A DNA stretch of 64,000 nucleotides from Trichosphaerium sp. ATCC 40318. Lineage: Eukaryota; Protista; Tubulinea. The stretch lies in the NCBI GenBank assembly GCA_038496445.1, contig JALMLS010000571.1:62001-126000 (forward strand), in the 5' to 3' direction. The position numbers and the translations under genes were made by a program. The notes beneath the pieces were generated by a model that made no database searches, was not told the origin of the DNA, and worked only from the letters and a program-made list of their open reading frames with translations. Below, piece after piece: positions 63,901 to 64,000 of this stretch (its first letter is position 1; every line of letters starts with the position of its first letter).

Positions 63901-64000
63901 CAACCCAATTACATTACTACTGCTCCCTTTTGACACAAAATTAGACGCTTTACTGCATGGTATATCCTCGCTGCACCTTCACCAGCTATAATGCTACCTT
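60930..64000 (-). CDS. Rap/Ran-GAP domain protein (5' end probably outside the window)
   Basis: YKIGVLVVKEGQTTENEFYGN, GWNDFKAGLD, MFHVSTMLP, KRHIGNDIV (catalytic Asn intact), PFGP, LNAERAA..RTR. Confidence 0.93.

Noticed and set aside
1-64000. Stop-codon reassignment as the explanation for fragmented ORFs
   Set aside because: Conserved genes end at TAA, TAG and TGA at the expected positions, and internal stops fall within introns.
1-64000. tRNA, rRNA and mobile elements
   Set aside because: None recognised by eye; small ncRNAs cannot be excluded without tRNAscan-SE/Infernal.

Overview
A gene-dense, AT-rich eukaryotic nuclear region with about 26 protein-coding genes on both strands, interrupted by many short (mostly ~40-70 nt) spliceosomal introns, so most ORF-track entries are exon fragments or antisense artefacts. 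Gene content (cAMP-receptor-like GPCR, ScaA-like scaffold, aegerolysin/ET79-like domain) suggests an amoebozoan protist (inference). The standard genetic code fits. Gene models were spliced by hand, so internal boundaries and some starts are approximate. Housekeeping genes: HDHD5, 53BP1-like, ASRGL1, DUS4L, VPS45, PDHX, PNKP, EIF2B2, SF3B6, EMC1, RPL27, SSU72, NIPSNAP, PDCL, RapGAP. Most interesting: (1) a protein of five ~70-aa repeats with repeat-synchronised introns, fused to a PD-(D/E)xK/Vsr/RAP-like nuclease domain; (2) a type-I membrane protein whose ectodomain is a catalytically dead nicotinamidase; (3) a Prm1-like cell-fusion protein; (4) an aegerolysin-like domain fused to a RhoGAP lacking the arginine finger; (5) at least 10 GC-AG introns with relaxed donors; (6) an RPL27 alternative acceptor adding a hydrophobic tail; (7) a KCTD-BTB protein with ~23 GFG repeats; (8) a PTS1 (SKL) on the isoaspartyl peptidase. 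No rRNA, tRNA, CRISPR array or transposon was recognised.
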